Part shown: in pieces, positions 37,118-47,887 of the stretch
Numbering within the stretch: position 1 is the stretch's first letter
How the letters are laid out: each line of letters opens with the position of its first letter
DNA from: an uncultured Gemmatimonadales bacterium
Lineage (GTDB): Bacteria > Gemmatimonadota > Gemmatimonadetes > Gemmatimonadales > GWC2-71-9
Reading direction: 5' to 3'
Assembly: GCA_963748815.1 (NCBI GenBank)
Contig: CAVVKJ010000009.1
Location: 100,004-164,003 of the forward strand
DNA length: 64,000 nucleotides
Translations under genes and position numbers: made by a program
The notes under the pieces: model-generated
Told to the model about the DNA's origin: nothing
Databases searched by the model: none
Seen by the model: the letters and a program-made list of their open reading frames with translations, nothing else

Positions 37118-38180
37118 GCAAGCGTCGCAGCCATCCCACGCCCGCCGCGCTCGGCTATCGCATGCCGGCCGAGTGGGCGCCCCACCGGGGCACCTGGCTC
37201 TCCTGGCCGCACAAGGAAGCGTCGTGGCCCGACAAGTTCGGGCCGGTGCCCGGCATCTTCGCGGAGATGGTCCGGCATCCTCGCCCCGCACGAGGAAGTC
37301 CACATCAACGTCACCGGCCCCGAAATGGCCATCGACGTGCTCTCACTCCTCCGCCCCTTCGACCTGCCCATCGGGCGCGTCGTCCTCCACGAGAATCCGA
37401 CCAACGACGCCTGGTGCCGCGACCACGGCCCCTGCTTCATCCAGCGCGCCGTTGACGGACGGCGCGAGGAGGCCATCGTCGACTGGGGGTACAATGCGTG
37501 GGGCGGGAAGTATCCTCCCTTCGACCTCGACGACGTCATCCCCACCCGCATCGGCGCCGCATACGACATCCCGGTCTTTCACCCGGGCATCGTGATGGAG
37601 GGAGGGTCGCTCGACGTGAACGGCGCCGGCACGCTCCTCACCACCGAGGCGTGCCTGCTCCACCCGAATCGGAACCCGGACCTGGGACGCGACGAGATCG
37701 AAGGGTACCTGCGGGAGTATCTCGGGGTGACGCATGTCCTGTGGCTCGGCGACGGCATCGTGGGCGACGACACCGACGGCCACATCGACGACATCACCCG
37801 CTTCACCGACGAGCGGACCGTGGTGACGGTGATCGAGGAGGACCCGCGGGACGAGAACTACGAGCCGCTCCAGGACAACCTGAGGCGGCTCCAGGGCATG
37901 ACCGACCAGGACGGCCGGCCGCTGCGCATCGTCACGCTGCCGATGCCGCGCGCACTCTACCAGGACGACCAGCGGCTCCCGGCAAGCTACGCCAATTTCT
38001 ACATCGCCAACGGCGTGGTGCTGCTTCCCGCCTACGATCCCGCAACGGGACGAGACGGCCCGCGTCACCCTGCAGGAACTGTTTCCCACCCGGCGCGTGG
38101 TCCCCATCGACGCCACCGACCTCGTCTGGGGACTTGGAGCTTTCCACTGCGTCTCGCAGCAGTGGCCCGCCTTGGCCTGA
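37114..38180 (+). CDS. aguA: Agmatine deiminase family protein (two +1 frameshifts, near 37278 and 38045)
   Basis: RMPAEW..H.GTWLSWPH, DAWCRDHGP, EGGS, DDTDGHID, ASYANFY and terminal GAFHCVSQQ are spread over three frames. Confidence 0.88.
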
Positions 38181-38208
38181 CCCCGCAGGGGCGCCCCGCG
38201 GTGCGCCC

Positions 38209-39147
38209 CTACAGCTCCCGCTCCACCAGCCCCTTCAGCACGTACCACACGGTCGCGGCCGCAAGCCGGGCGGCGGCGTTGTCGCGGTCATACACCGGGT
38301 TCATCTCCACCACATCGCAGGACTGCACGCCTCGGCTCCGCCCCGCCCGATAGGCGGCGTGCAGCCAGAGGTCGGCGGTGATCCCACCCACCGATGGCGA
38401 GCTCGCCCCGGGCGCCGCCGCCTGCTCGACCGCGTCGAGGTCGAAGCTCACGAAGGCCGGCCCCTCGATCGATCCGTAGATCTCGTCGATGCGCGCAGGC
38501 GAGAGGTCCCGCCGCCAGACGAAGCGGGCGCCGTGCGCCGCCAGGAACTCCAGGTGCGATCGCGCCACCACGTGGGGGAGCAGCCCGGCCGCCACGAATT
38601 GCCGGCAGGCGCCCGAGGGGTCGAGGATCGCCTGCCGAAAGGGGGAGCCGGCGTGTCCACGACCGTCCTGCAGGTCCCGCACGTCCGGATGCGCATCCCA
38701 GTTCAGGATGCCGACGCGCTGCCCCGCCGCCACGTATCCCCGAAAATGCCCGAACGAGGTCTCGTGCCCGCCGCCGAGCACAATGACGAACGATCCCGCA
38801 GCAAGATGCGGCGCCAGTGCGGCGCCCAGGAGCTCCTGATCCTGCTCCACGTCGTCGGTCAGGTCCAGGTTGCCCAGATCCAGGGTGTGGGCGAGCAGTT
38901 CCACCGACTCCTCGAACCGCTCCGCGTCCGGGGTCAGGCGAAAGAGCATCCGCCGAATCTCGTCCGGCGCGCCGGCCGCGCCGACCCGCCCACCGTTGCG
39001 GTGCACCCCTTCGTCCGACGGGAACCCGATCAGGACGACCCGCGGCACCGTTCCGTCGGCGAGTTGCGTGCCGAGGATGTGTCCGATGCGGGGGTCGTCG
39101 CCACCGGTGGTCGGGAGGATCACGTCGGGCTGGGTGAAGTTCAGCAT
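38209..39147 (-). CDS. hutG: Formimidoylglutamase (arginase family)
   Basis: DEGV.RNGGR.GA, GGGHETSF, WDAHPD, SFDLD, VEMNP; downstream of hutI. Confidence 0.88.
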   Translation of the reverse strand: MLNFTQPDVILPTTGGDDPRIGHILGTQLADGTVPRVVLIGFPSDEGVHRNGGRVGAAGAPDEIRRMLFRLTPDAERFEESVELLAHTLDLGNLDLTDDVEQDQELLGAALAPHLAAGSFVIVLGGGHETSFGHFRGYVAAGQRVGILNWDAHPDVRDLQDGRGHAGSPFRQAILDPSGACRQFVAAGLLPHVVARSHLEFLAAHGARFVWRRDLSPARIDEIYGSIEGPAFVSFDLDAVEQAAAPGASSPSVGGITADLWLHAAYRAGRSRGVQSCDVVEMNPVYDRDNAAARLAAATVWYVLKGLVEREL

Positions 39148-39163
39148 GGGATCTCGTGGGTGG

Positions 39164-40390
39164 CTAGGACGGCGCCTGCCAGCAGACGCTTCCGGAGGCG
39201 ACGGTCAGGACGCACGCGTTCGGGCGGAAATGGTAGAGCCAGTGGTTGACGTCCGGCGAGTCGATGACCGCGAGGTCAGCGCGGCAACCCACCGACACCT
39301 CGCCGGCCTGCCCCTGCAATCCCACCGCCTTGGCCGCAATGCTGGTGGCGCCCTTCAGCGCCTCGGCCGGCGTCATCCGCTGCAGGTGGCAGGCGAGCAT
39401 CATCGCCAGCGGGAGGTCCCAGCTCGGCGCGGACCCGGGGTTGAAATCCGTCGCCACGGCCACGCCGACACCGGCGGCGATGAACTTGCGGGCCGGCATC
39501 GGCGTCTGGTTGAGGTAGAGCGTGGCGATCGGGAGGCTCACCGCCACCACGCCGGCCGCCGCCATGGCGGCGATCCCGGCGTCCGACGCGCACTCGAGAT
39601 GGTCGGCGCTGAGCGCCCCCACGTCGGCGGCCAGTTCCGCGCCGCCACCGGCGGAAAGCTGGTCGGCGTGGAGCTTGGGGGCGAGGCCGACCGCCTTGCC
39701 AGCCAGGAAAATCTGCCGTGCCTCGTCCACGCTGAACGCGGTGTCCTCCACGAAGACATCGCAACACCGGGCCAGGCCGGCGGCCGCAACCGCGGGGATC
39801 ATCTCGTCGAGCAGCAGCCGCAGGTAGGCGGACCGGTCGGCACGGTGTTCCGCCGGCACGACGTGCGCGCCGAGGAAGGTGGGGACGATTCGGGTCGGCT
39901 GCGAGGCAGCCAGCGCCTGGTACACCCGGAGCAGTCGCAGCTCGGTCTCCAGGTCGAGCCCGTAGCCGCTCTTGCACTCGACCGTGGTGACACCAAGCCG
40001 GCGCATCCCGTCGAGCGCCGCCGAGGCCCTGGCGAGGAGGTCGGCGTCCGTCGCGGCCCGGGTGGCCCGCACGGTCGACATGATGCCGCCCCCCGCCCGC
40101 GCGATATCGAGATACCCCACGCCCTGCAACCGCTGCTCAAATTCGTCGGCCCGCCACCCGCCGAACGCCAGATGCGTATGACAGTCCACCAGCCCCGGCA
40201 CCACGAGCCGGCCGCCGGCGTCGATCGACGCGCCACGACTGAACTCCGCCGGCAGCGTCGCCTCGGGCCCGACCCACCGGAGGGTCTCACCCTCCCAGGC
40301 GACCGCCGCCTTGGGGACGAGGTGGATCTCTCCCTGCCCTCCCTCGGGACGGCAGGTGGCGAGCAGGCCGATGTTGCGGAGGACCGTCAC
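39164..40390 (-). CDS. hutI: Imidazolonepropionase
   Basis: DCHTH, GGGIMSTVRATR, E.KSGYGL, LGAH, LHADQL, SADHLE, ATDFNPGS. Confidence 0.95.
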   Translation of the reverse strand: MTVLRNIGLLATCRPEGGQGEIHLVPKAAVAWEGETLRWVGPEATLPAEFSRGASIDAGGRLVVPGLVDCHTHLAFGGWRADEFEQRLQGVGYLDIARAGGGIMSTVRATRAATDADLLARASAALDGMRRLGVTTVECKSGYGLDLETELRLLRVYQALAASQPTRIVPTFLGAHVVPAEHRADRSAYLRLLLDEMIPAVAAAGLARCCDVFVEDTAFSVDEARQIFLAGKAVGLAPKLHADQLSAGGGAELAADVGALSADHLECASDAGIAAMAAAGVVAVSLPIATLYLNQTPMPARKFIAAGVGVAVATDFNPGSAPSWDLPLAMMLACHLQRMTPAEALKGATSIAAKAVGLQGQAGEVSVGCRADLAVIDSPDVNHWLYHFRPNACVLTVASGSVCWQAPS

Positions 40391-40397
40391 GCGCGCG

Positions 40398-42071
40398 TCA
40401 CGTGCCGTTGATCATCGGGAGGTCGACCCCGCGTTCGTTGGCCGTTTCGATGGCGATCGGATATCCGGCGTCGGCGTGGCGCATGACTCCGGTGCCCGGA
40501 TCGGCCGTCAGCACCCGCTGCAGACGGCGATCGGCCATCTCGGTCCCGTCGGCCACCGCCACCATGCCGGAGTGGATGGAATACCCGATGCCGACTCCGC
40601 CGCCATGGTGCAGTGACACCCAGCTCGCGCCGCAGGCGGTGTTCAGCATGGCGTTGAGGAGGGGCCAGTCCGCGATCGCGTCGGAGCCGTCCATCATCCC
40701 TTCCGTCTCCCGGTTGGGCGAGGCCACCGATCCGGTATCGAGATGGTCGCGCCCGATGACGATCGGCGCCTCGACCTTGCCCTTCTTCACCAGCCAGTTG
40801 AACCGGAGCCCCATCTCGGCGCGCTCCCCATATTCCAGCCAGCAGATGCGTGCGGGAAGCCCCTGGAAGTGCACCTTCTCCCGGGCCTTCCGGATCCAGC
40901 GGGCCAGCGCTTCGTGCTTCGGAAAGGTTTCCAGGACGGCGTCGTCGGTCACCGCGATGTCCTTCGGGTTCCCGGACAAGGCCGCCCAGCGGAACGGCCC
41001 GGCGCCCCGGCAGAAGAGCGGCCGGATGAAGGCGGGCACGAAGCCCGGGAAGTCGAACGCTTCCGGCATGGCGCGGAGGTCGGCCACCTGGCCCCGGAGA
41101 TTGTTCCCATAGTCGAACACCACCGCGCCGCGCCGCTGGAGCTCGAGCATCGCGTTGACGTGGATCACCATCGAGTCGAGCACCCGGTCCTCGTACCCCT
41201 TCGGATCCGCGCCCCGCAGCTCGGCGGCCTGCTCCAGGTCGAGGCCGATCGGGATGTACCCGACGCGGAGGTCGTGCGCCGAGGTCTGGTCGGTCACCAC
41301 GTCGAGAGTGACACCGCGCCGCACCAGCTCCGGCAGCACTTCGGCGATGTTGCCGACCAGCCCGACCGAGTACCCCCGCCGCTCGGCGCGGGCTCGTTCC
41401 ACCAGGGCGAGGGCCGCATCGAGGTCGGTCGCAATCGCGTCGCAATAGCCGGTGTCGACCCGCCGCTGGATCCGGGTGGCGTCGACATCCACACCGAGAA
41501 AGGCGGCGCCGTTCATCGTGGCGGCCAGCGGTTGGGCGCCGCCCATGCCGCCGAGGCCGCCAGTCACCACCAGCCGGCCGGCGAGCGAGCCGCCGAAATG
41601 CTGCCGCGCACACTCGGCAAAGGTCTCGTAGGTCCCCTGCAGGATGCCCTGGGTCCCGATGTAGATCCACGACCCCGCGGTCATCTGGCCGTACATGGTC
41701 AGGCCCAGCGCGTCGAGTCGGCGGAATTCGTCCCAGTTGGCCCAGCGGGGCACGAGGTTGGCGTTGGCGATCAGGACCCGCGGCGCCTCCTCATGCGTCC
41801 GGAAGACGCCGACCGGCTTGCCGCTCTGCACCAGCAGCGTCTCGTCGTTCTCGAGCCGCTGGAGCGTCGAGACGATCCGGTGGTAGCTCGGCCAATCGCG
41901 CGCCGCCTTACCGCCGCCGCCATAGACGATGAGCTCCTCCGGGCGCTCGGCCACCTCGGGGTCGAGGTTGTTCATCAGCATCCGCATGGCGGCTTCCTGA
42001 TGCCAGCCCTTGCAGGAGAGTGCCGTGCCCCTGGGGGCGCGAATCGGGGTGGAGCCGATGGTGGCTGTCAT
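40398..42071 (-). CDS. hutU: Urocanate hydratase
   Basis: [58 protein letters not shown]. Confidence 0.97.
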   Translation of the reverse strand: MTATIGSTPIRAPRGTALSCKGWHQEAAMRMLMNNLDPEVAERPEELIVYGGGGKAARDWPSYHRIVSTLQRLENDETLLVQSGKPVGVFRTHEEAPRVLIANANLVPRWANWDEFRRLDALGLTMYGQMTAGSWIYIGTQGILQGTYETFAECARQHFGGSLAGRLVVTGGLGGMGGAQPLAATMNGAAFLGVDVDATRIQRRVDTGYCDAIATDLDAALALVERARAERRGYSVGLVGNIAEVLPELVRRGVTLDVVTDQTSAHDLRVGYIPIGLDLEQAAELRGADPKGYEDRVLDSMVIHVNAMLELQRRGAVVFDYGNNLRGQVADLRAMPEAFDFPGFVPAFIRPLFCRGAGPFRWAALSGNPKDIAVTDDAVLETFPKHEALARWIRKAREKVHFQGLPARICWLEYGERAEMGLRFNWLVKKGKVEAPIVIGRDHLDTGSVASPNRETEGMMDGSDAIADWPLLNAMLNTACGASWVSLHHGGGVGIGYSIHSGMVAVADGTEMADRRLQRVLTADPGTGVMRHADAGYPIAIETANERGVDLPMINGT

Positions 42072-42135
42072 GTGCAGGTCACAGATGGAAGAGGAACCCG
42101 AAATCTAACGGCCGGGGCCCGGATTCCACACCGCC

Positions 42136-43818
42136 TCACTCCGCCGGAGCCCGGTAGCCCGGCCCACGCACCACGCGTCCCGCCGCGGCGCCGGTCGGCT
42201 CGCCATCGCGGAGCACCTGGACGCCGTTGACCCAGACCTGGTGGACGCCCGTGGCATACTGGTGCGGCTCGGCAAAGGTGGCACGATCGGCGATCGTGGC
42301 CGGGTCGAACACGACGATGTCAGCGTAGTTCCCGGGGGCCAGTCGTCCCCGCCGCGTCAGCTTCAGGTTGTCGGCAGGTTGGGACGTGAGCCGGCGGATC
42401 GCCTCGGACAGGGGGAGCAGCCGCTCCTCGCGTACATACTTGCCCAACAGGCGCGCAAAGTTGCCGTAGGCGCGCGGGTGCGTTCCGGAGAGGAGGAACA
42501 CGCCCTCCGCGCTCTTCGAGCCGCCGTCCGACCCGAAACTCATGTAGGGGACCTGGATCTTCCGGCGCACGTTCTCCTCGGACATCGTGAAGAAGACGCA
42601 GCCGACCCGGCTGTCGTCCTCGATGACGAGGTCCATGGCCGTTTCCTCGGGCGACGTCCCCCGCATCGCGGCGACTTCCGCCAACGTCTTCCCGGTGAGT
42701 GGCTTGAGCGCCGGATTCTTGAACCCCACCAGCAGGACACCCCCGGCTCCGCCCGCATTCACGAAGGCATTGTCGAACCCGGCGTCGCCCTGCATCTCCT
42801 TGAGGAGGCGTCGGCGCACGGCCGGGTCCTTCAGCCGGGCCACCCAGGCGTCGTGGCCGCCCTCCTGCACCCAGGTGGGCATCGTGGCGTCGAGGCCGGT
42901 CGAGCTCGCGGGATATGTGTACATGTCGGCCGTGATCCGGAGGCCCGCGGCCCGGGCGGAATCGATCAGGGCGATCACGCTATCAAGCTTGGCCCAGTTC
43001 TGCCGCCCCGACGCCTTGAGGTGGTAGATCTCGGCCGGGACTTCAGCCTGGCGCGCGATCGTGACGAGCTCGCGGGCCGCCGTCAGGAGCCCTTTCCCCT
43101 CGTCGCGGATGTGGGAGATGTACATCCCACCCGACTCACCCGCCGCACGGGCCAGCGCGATGAGCTCCTCGGTGGTGGCGTAGTTGGCGGGCGCATAGAT
43201 GAGGGAGGAGCCCACCCCGAGCGCCCCCTCGGCCATCCCCTGGCGCACCAGGTCCTGCATCCGCGCCAGCTCCGCGGGCGTCGCCGGCCGGTCGGTGTAC
43301 CCCACCTCATGCACTCGAACCGTCGTGGCGCCGACGAAGGAGGCCACGTTGGTCGCGATTCCCCGGGAGACGACGTAATCGAGGTACTCGCCGAGGGTGG
43401 TCCAGGGAATCTCGTAGACCAGGTCGCCCTGTTGCGCGATCATCAGGGCCCGCATCGAGTCGGTCAACGGGCCCATCGACGAGCCTTCGCCGAAGATCTC
43501 GAGGGTGACCCCCTGCCGAATGTCGCCCTGGGAGCGCCCGTCGACCAGGAGGTCCGCGTTGGCCCAGCTGAGCATGTTGATGAAGCCCGGTGCCACGGCC
43601 AGCCCGGCGGCATCGACCTCGACCCGGCCCGTCGCGGACCCGAGATCCCCGATCGCGACGATGGAATCTCCCACGACGGCGACGTCGCCCTCGAGCGGCT
43701 CACCTCCGGTCCCGTCGTAGACCGTCCCATGGCGGATGACGAGGTCGTAGCCGGGGGCACGCTCGCAGGCGGCCAGCAAGGCCACGGCGCCGAGCAGCAG
43801 GCAGGCATGGAGTCGCAT
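42136..43818 (-). CDS. N-acyl-D-amino-acid deacylase (D-aminoacylase) family amidohydrolase, lipoprotein
   Basis: Lipobox LAAC, VAPGFIN, SHIRDEG, YHLK, GSDG, HPRAYGNF, ADIVVFDP. Confidence 0.88.
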   Translation of the reverse strand: MRLHACLLLGAVALLAACERAPGYDLVIRHGTVYDGTGGEPLEGDVAVVGDSIVAIGDLGSATGRVEVDAAGLAVAPGFINMLSWANADLLVDGRSQGDIRQGVTLEIFGEGSSMGPLTDSMRALMIAQQGDLVYEIPWTTLGEYLDYVVSRGIATNVASFVGATTVRVHEVGYTDRPATPAELARMQDLVRQGMAEGALGVGSSLIYAPANYATTEELIALARAAGESGGMYISHIRDEGKGLLTAARELVTIARQAEVPAEIYHLKASGRQNWAKLDSVIALIDSARAAGLRITADMYTYPASSTGLDATMPTWVQEGGHDAWVARLKDPAVRRRLLKEMQGDAGFDNAFVNAGGAGGVLLVGFKNPALKPLTGKTLAEVAAMRGTSPEETAMDLVIEDDSRVGCVFFTMSEENVRRKIQVPYMSFGSDGGSKSAEGVFLLSGTHPRAYGNFARLLGKYVREERLLPLSEAIRRLTSQPADNLKLTRRGRLAPGNYADIVVFDPATIADRATFAEPHQYATGVHQVWVNGVQVLRDGEPTGAAAGRVVRGPGYRAPAE

Positions 43819-43874
43819 GGGAAGAGTCCGGTGAGGAGAGGGAGCGGAACGATGGAGCCGGGGGCGCCGGGTGC

Positions 43875-44711
43875 TCAAGCCAGCCGGTCGAGCTCCGCGC
43901 GCATTTCGAGTGCGCTGGACCACCGCTGGTCCCGATTCTTCGCCAGCGCGCGCTGGACCGCACCGGCGAGCGCCGCGGGCACCTCCGGGCGGAGTTCCGC
44001 GAGGAGCGGCGCCTCGGCGGTCTGCTGCAGCTGCAGGACGACGGCCTCGCTCCGGTGCACGAACGGGGGCCGCCCCGCCAGCGCCTCGAAGAGGACGCAG
44101 CCGAGCGAGTAGATGTCGCTCCGGTGATCGAGGTCCTTCACCGCCACGACCTGCTCCGGGCTCATGTAGGACGAGGTGCCGACCGTAAAGCCTGACCGGG
44201 TCAGCTTTTCGTCTCCCACCGCCTCGATGGCCCGCGCGATGCCGAAATCCAGCAGCATGGCCCCCTCGGTCGAGAGGACGATGTTGTCGGGCTTCACGTC
44301 CCGGTGCACCACGTTGTTCTGGTGGGCATACGCCAGCGCCCCGAGGACATCCCGGCCGATGCGGACCCCATCATCGATGGACACCCGGCGCACCTGCGCG
44401 ATGTGCTCCTTGAGTGTCGGGCCATCGATATAGGCCATGGCGAGATAGACGAGCCACTCGTGCTCGCCGTAGTCGAGCAGCTTGGCCACATGGGGATGTT
44501 CGAGGCGGGAGAGGGTCTTGATTTCCCGGAGGAATCGGTCGGCGGTCGCGGTGACCACCAGCTCCGGATGCAGCACCTTCAGCGCAATGGCCCGGCCGTC
44601 CAGCGCCCGCGCGAAGAACACCCGACCCGCGCCACCACGCGCCAGTTCCCGCTCGACGGTGTACTTGCCGCGCAGGGCCTCCTGGATCATCGGGAGCAGG
44701 TCACGCCGCAT
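43875..44711 (-). CDS. Stand-alone Ser/Thr protein kinase (catalytic domain only)
   Basis: ARGGAGRV, IALK, HRDVKPDN, DFGIA, YMSPEQ, SDIYSLG. Confidence 0.92.
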   Translation of the reverse strand: MRRDLLPMIQEALRGKYTVERELARGGAGRVFFARALDGRAIALKVLHPELVVTATADRFLREIKTLSRLEHPHVAKLLDYGEHEWLVYLAMAYIDGPTLKEHIAQVRRVSIDDGVRIGRDVLGALAYAHQNNVVHRDVKPDNIVLSTEGAMLLDFGIARAIEAVGDEKLTRSGFTVGTSSYMSPEQVVAVKDLDHRSDIYSLGCVLFEALAGRPPFVHRSEAVVLQLQQTAEAPLLAELRPEVPAALAGAVQRALAKNRDQRWSSALEMRAELDRLA

Positions 44712-44794
44712 GAGGGACGCCTCCAGTCATGCGTGTAAGGTCGGCCCTCCGGCCCCCTGAGGCAAGGAGGGGAATTGCCCCCTGCCCGGTGCCG

Positions 44795-44825
44795 TGCAAC
44801 CTTTTCGGATCTGCGGGTGTCCAAT
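44795..44825 (+). promoter_or_regulatory. Putative autoregulatory ECF promoter
   Basis: TGCAAC-N17-TGTC(CAAT) just before the ECF start codon, matching the AAC / GTC pattern typical of ECF promoters. Confidence 0.6.
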
Positions 44826-44832
44826 CCCGTGC

Positions 44833-45405
44833 ATGCAAACCTCAGCCACCGGAGTCCCGGCCCTGTCCCGAGACCCCTCCGAATCACGGTCCGCTGCCGA
44901 TGCGGTCGAAGTCGCCCTCGCCGCGAGTGGCGATGCGCACGCCTTCGAACGCCTCTACCGGCGGCACGTGACGCGGGTCCACAACCTGGTCCGCCGGATG
45001 CACGGCCCCGAGGACAGCGACGAAGTGACCCAGGATGTCTTCGTCCGGGCCTGGGAGAAGCTGGGGACGTTTCGGGGTGAGTCGGCGTTTGCGACCTGGC
45101 TGCACCGCCTGGCGGTGAACGTCATCCTGACCCACCGGGAGGCGCGCGGGAAACGCCGGAACCGGTTCAGCGACAGCGAGCAGTTGTTGACCTCCGCTGC
45201 GGCGCGCCGGGAAACACCGGAGGCCGCGATGGACCTCGAAAACGCGCTCGCCAAGCTCCCCGACGGTGCCCGCGAGATCTTCGTCCTCCACGACGTCGAG
45301 GGGTATCGCCACGAGGAAATCGCGGAAATGCTGGGCCTGGCGACGGGCACCTCGAAATCGCAACTCCACCGGGCGCGCATGGCGCTGCGCTCGTGGCTCG
45401 ACTGA
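44833..45405 (+). CDS. ECF RNA polymerase sigma factor
   Basis: GDAHAFERLY, QDVFVRAW, FRGESAFATWLHRLAVN, EGYRHEEIAEMLG...GTSKSQLHRAR. Confidence 0.93.
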   Translation: MQTSATGVPALSRDPSESRSAADAVEVALAASGDAHAFERLYRRHVTRVHNLVRRMHGPEDSDEVTQDVFVRAWEKLGTFRGESAFATWLHRLAVNVILTHREARGKRRNRFSDSEQLLTSAAARRETPEAAMDLENALAKLPDGAREIFVLHDVEGYRHEEIAEMLGLATGTSKSQLHRARMALRSWLD

Positions 45406-45422
45406 ACGACGGGAAGGATCTC

Positions 45423-46103
45423 ATGACGGACCAATGGATCGATCGGCTCTCCGAATACCTCGACGGTGACCTCCCGTCGGCCGAGCGCGCGGCCCTCGAA
45501 GCGCACCTCGTGGAATGCGCGGCCTGCCGGACCACGGTGCACGAACTCCGGCGGGTGGTGACCCGGGCGCACGCCCTGGTGGACCGCCCTGTCGAGGGCG
45601 AGCTCTGGACCGGCATCGCGGCCCGCATCGGGGCAGCCGGCGCGCCGGTCGTCGACCTCTCCGCCCGGCGGGCACGGCGCAGCTACTCCTTTAGCGTACC
45701 CCAGCTGGCGGCGGCGGCCGTCCTCCTTCTGGCCGCCGGGGGCGGCGCAAGCGCCGTCGCGCTCCGGTCAACGGACGCCCCGCCGGCGCCGGTCGCACAG
45801 GCGACACCTCCGGCGTTGCGCGTGATCCCGGCCGGACTCCCCAGCAAGGCCGAGCAGAGCTACGACACCGCCGTGCGCGACCTCGAACGGACGCTGGACG
45901 CCGGCCGGTCCCGGCTCTCCCCGAAGACCGTCGCCGTCCTCGAACGCAACCTCGGCCGGATCGACCTGGCGATCGAGGAGGCCCGCGCCGCGCTCAAGGC
46001 GGATCCGGCCAACGCGTATCTCAGCGCTCACCTCGCCACCGCGATGCAGCAGAAACTCGCGCTGCTCCAGCAGGCCACCGTGCTCGCCAATCCGGCGAGC
46101 TGA
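45423..46103 (+). CDS. Zinc-binding (zf-HC2) anti-sigma factor
   Basis: LSEYLDG..HLVECAAC (HxxxCxxC), one TM segment, extracytoplasmic helical C-terminus. Confidence 0.9.
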   Translation: MTDQWIDRLSEYLDGDLPSAERAALEAHLVECAACRTTVHELRRVVTRAHALVDRPVEGELWTGIAARIGAAGAPVVDLSARRARRSYSFSVPQLAAAAVLLLAAGGGASAVALRSTDAPPAPVAQATPPALRVIPAGLPSKAEQSYDTAVRDLERTLDAGRSRLSPKTVAVLERNLGRIDLAIEEARAALKADPANAYLSAHLATAMQQKLALLQQATVLANPAS

Positions 46104-46114
46104 AAGGACCTCCC

Positions 46115-46954
46115 ATGTTGCTCACCGCTTCCCTCGTGGCCGCCGCGCTCCTGACCGCGCCGCCCGCGGACACCACCCTCGCCGTCGCCAAGGGCACGCG
46201 GCTGTCGGTCAACAACCATGCGGGCCGGATCACCGTCACCGGGTGGAGCCGGAGCGAGGTCCAGGTCCGTTGGACCTCCGACGACGATGACGCCGAAGTT
46301 CGGGTGGAGCAATCGGGCGGCGAGGTCCGCGTCGCGCAGCGGATGCGCTACGGTCCGACCGAGATGGACATCACCATCAACGCGCCGACCTGGATGGCGG
46401 TGAGCCTCCAGGGCGTCGAGACCGCCATCACCGTCTCGGGAATCGCCGCGCCCGTCAAGGCCCGGTCGGTCGAAGGCGATGTGACCGTCGCGGGGGGGGC
46501 GGAGAATGTCTCCCTGAGCTCGGTGGACGGCGACATCCGCGTCGACGGCGTGCGCGGCAACCTCGACATCCAGGCCGTCGACGGCGACGTCACGGTGCTG
46601 GACCTGGTTGGCGCCCTGAACGTGCAGGGGGTGGACGGGAACATCCGGCTCGAGGGCATCACCTCCGCCTCCACCCGGGTCAGCACCGTCGATGGGGACG
46701 TGGGCTTTGCCGGCGCGATCGCCGCGAACGGCAATTACGGCTTCAAGACCCACGACGGCGACATCACCATCCGTCCGGTGGGCGCCCTCAACGCGACCGT
46801 CTCCGTATCGACCTGGAGCGGCGAGTTCGAGTCGGCGATGCCGGTCACCATCAGCGGCAGCCAGGAGGGGAAGCGCTTCAGCTTCACCGTGGGCACCGGC
46901 AGCGCCCGCATCGATCTCGAGGCCTTTGACGGCCTCATCCGACTCGAGAAGTAG
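46115..46954 (+). CDS. DUF4097 family beta-strand repeat protein, secreted
   Basis: Signal peptide and repeated (S/A/T)VDGD(I/V) units. Confidence 0.85.
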   Translation: MLLTASLVAAALLTAPPADTTLAVAKGTRLSVNNHAGRITVTGWSRSEVQVRWTSDDDDAEVRVEQSGGEVRVAQRMRYGPTEMDITINAPTWMAVSLQGVETAITVSGIAAPVKARSVEGDVTVAGGAENVSLSSVDGDIRVDGVRGNLDIQAVDGDVTVLDLVGALNVQGVDGNIRLEGITSASTRVSTVDGDVGFAGAIAANGNYGFKTHDGDITIRPVGALNATVSVSTWSGEFESAMPVTISGSQEGKRFSFTVGTGSARIDLEAFDGLIRLEK

Positions 46955-46987
46955 ACCGAACATTCATCCCCGCACAGGAGCACTGAT

Positions 46988-47776
46988 ATGCATCGGCACT
47001 ATCTGGCAGGCCTCGCGGCGTTCGCCCTGACCGGCGTCGGCACCACTGCGGCGGCGGCGCAAAGCACCGACTGGAACTGGAAGGGCGCCGTGGCGGCCGG
47101 GAAGAGCATCGAGATCAAGGGCGTCAACGGCGATGTCCGGGCCACCGCAGGCTCCGGGTCCGACGTCGTCGTCACGGCGGTCAAGAAGGGCCGGAAGTCG
47201 GACCCCTCCACCGTCACCATCGAGGTGGTGAACAGCGCCGCCGGCGTCACCATCTGTGCGGTGTACCCCAGCGGCGGCAAGCGGGCCAACAGCTGCGGCG
47301 CCGGCAACGATGGCCACATGTCCACCAACGACAACGACGTATCCGTCAGCTTCTCGGTGCAGGTGCCGACCGGCGTCAAGTTCGTCGGCAGCACGGTCAA
47401 CGGTTCGGTGAGCACCGAACGGTTGGGGAGCGACGCCGACGTCTCGACCGTGAACGGCGACGTGCGGGTGGTGGCCGCCGGCATTGTCCGGGCCAGCACG
47501 GTGAACGGCTCGGTCGACGTCTCGATGGGCAAGGCCGACTGGACCGGGAAAGTCGAGCTGAGCACGGTCAATGGGAGCATCCGCGCCACCCTGCCGGCCA
47601 ACTTCAGCGCCGTTGTGAACGGCTCCACGGTCAACGGCAGCATCGAGTCGGAGTTCCCGCTGACCGTTCAGGGCAAGTTCGGGCCGCGAAACATTCACGG
47701 GACGATCGGCGCCGGCGGACGGACGCTGGACCTGGAGACCGTCAACGGCAGCATCACCCTCGTCAAGGGTTCCTGA
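46988..47776 (+). CDS. DUF4097 family beta-strand repeat protein, secreted
   Basis: Signal peptide (AAA-Q) and repeated STVNG(S/D)(I/V) units. Confidence 0.88.
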   Translation: MHRHYLAGLAAFALTGVGTTAAAAQSTDWNWKGAVAAGKSIEIKGVNGDVRATAGSGSDVVVTAVKKGRKSDPSTVTIEVVNSAAGVTICAVYPSGGKRANSCGAGNDGHMSTNDNDVSVSFSVQVPTGVKFVGSTVNGSVSTERLGSDADVSTVNGDVRVVAAGIVRASTVNGSVDVSMGKADWTGKVELSTVNGSIRATLPANFSAVVNGSTVNGSIESEFPLTVQGKFGPRNIHGTIGAGGRTLDLETVNGSITLVKGS

Positions 47777-47887
47777 CCGCTGAAACTCGGCGCCGGTGAC
47801 CTCCGTCCGGCATAAATAGATGTCACTGCGACAGCGGGCTGTCGTGCACCTGCACGGCAGCCCGTGTCGCGCCCAGATTGAGCCCTG

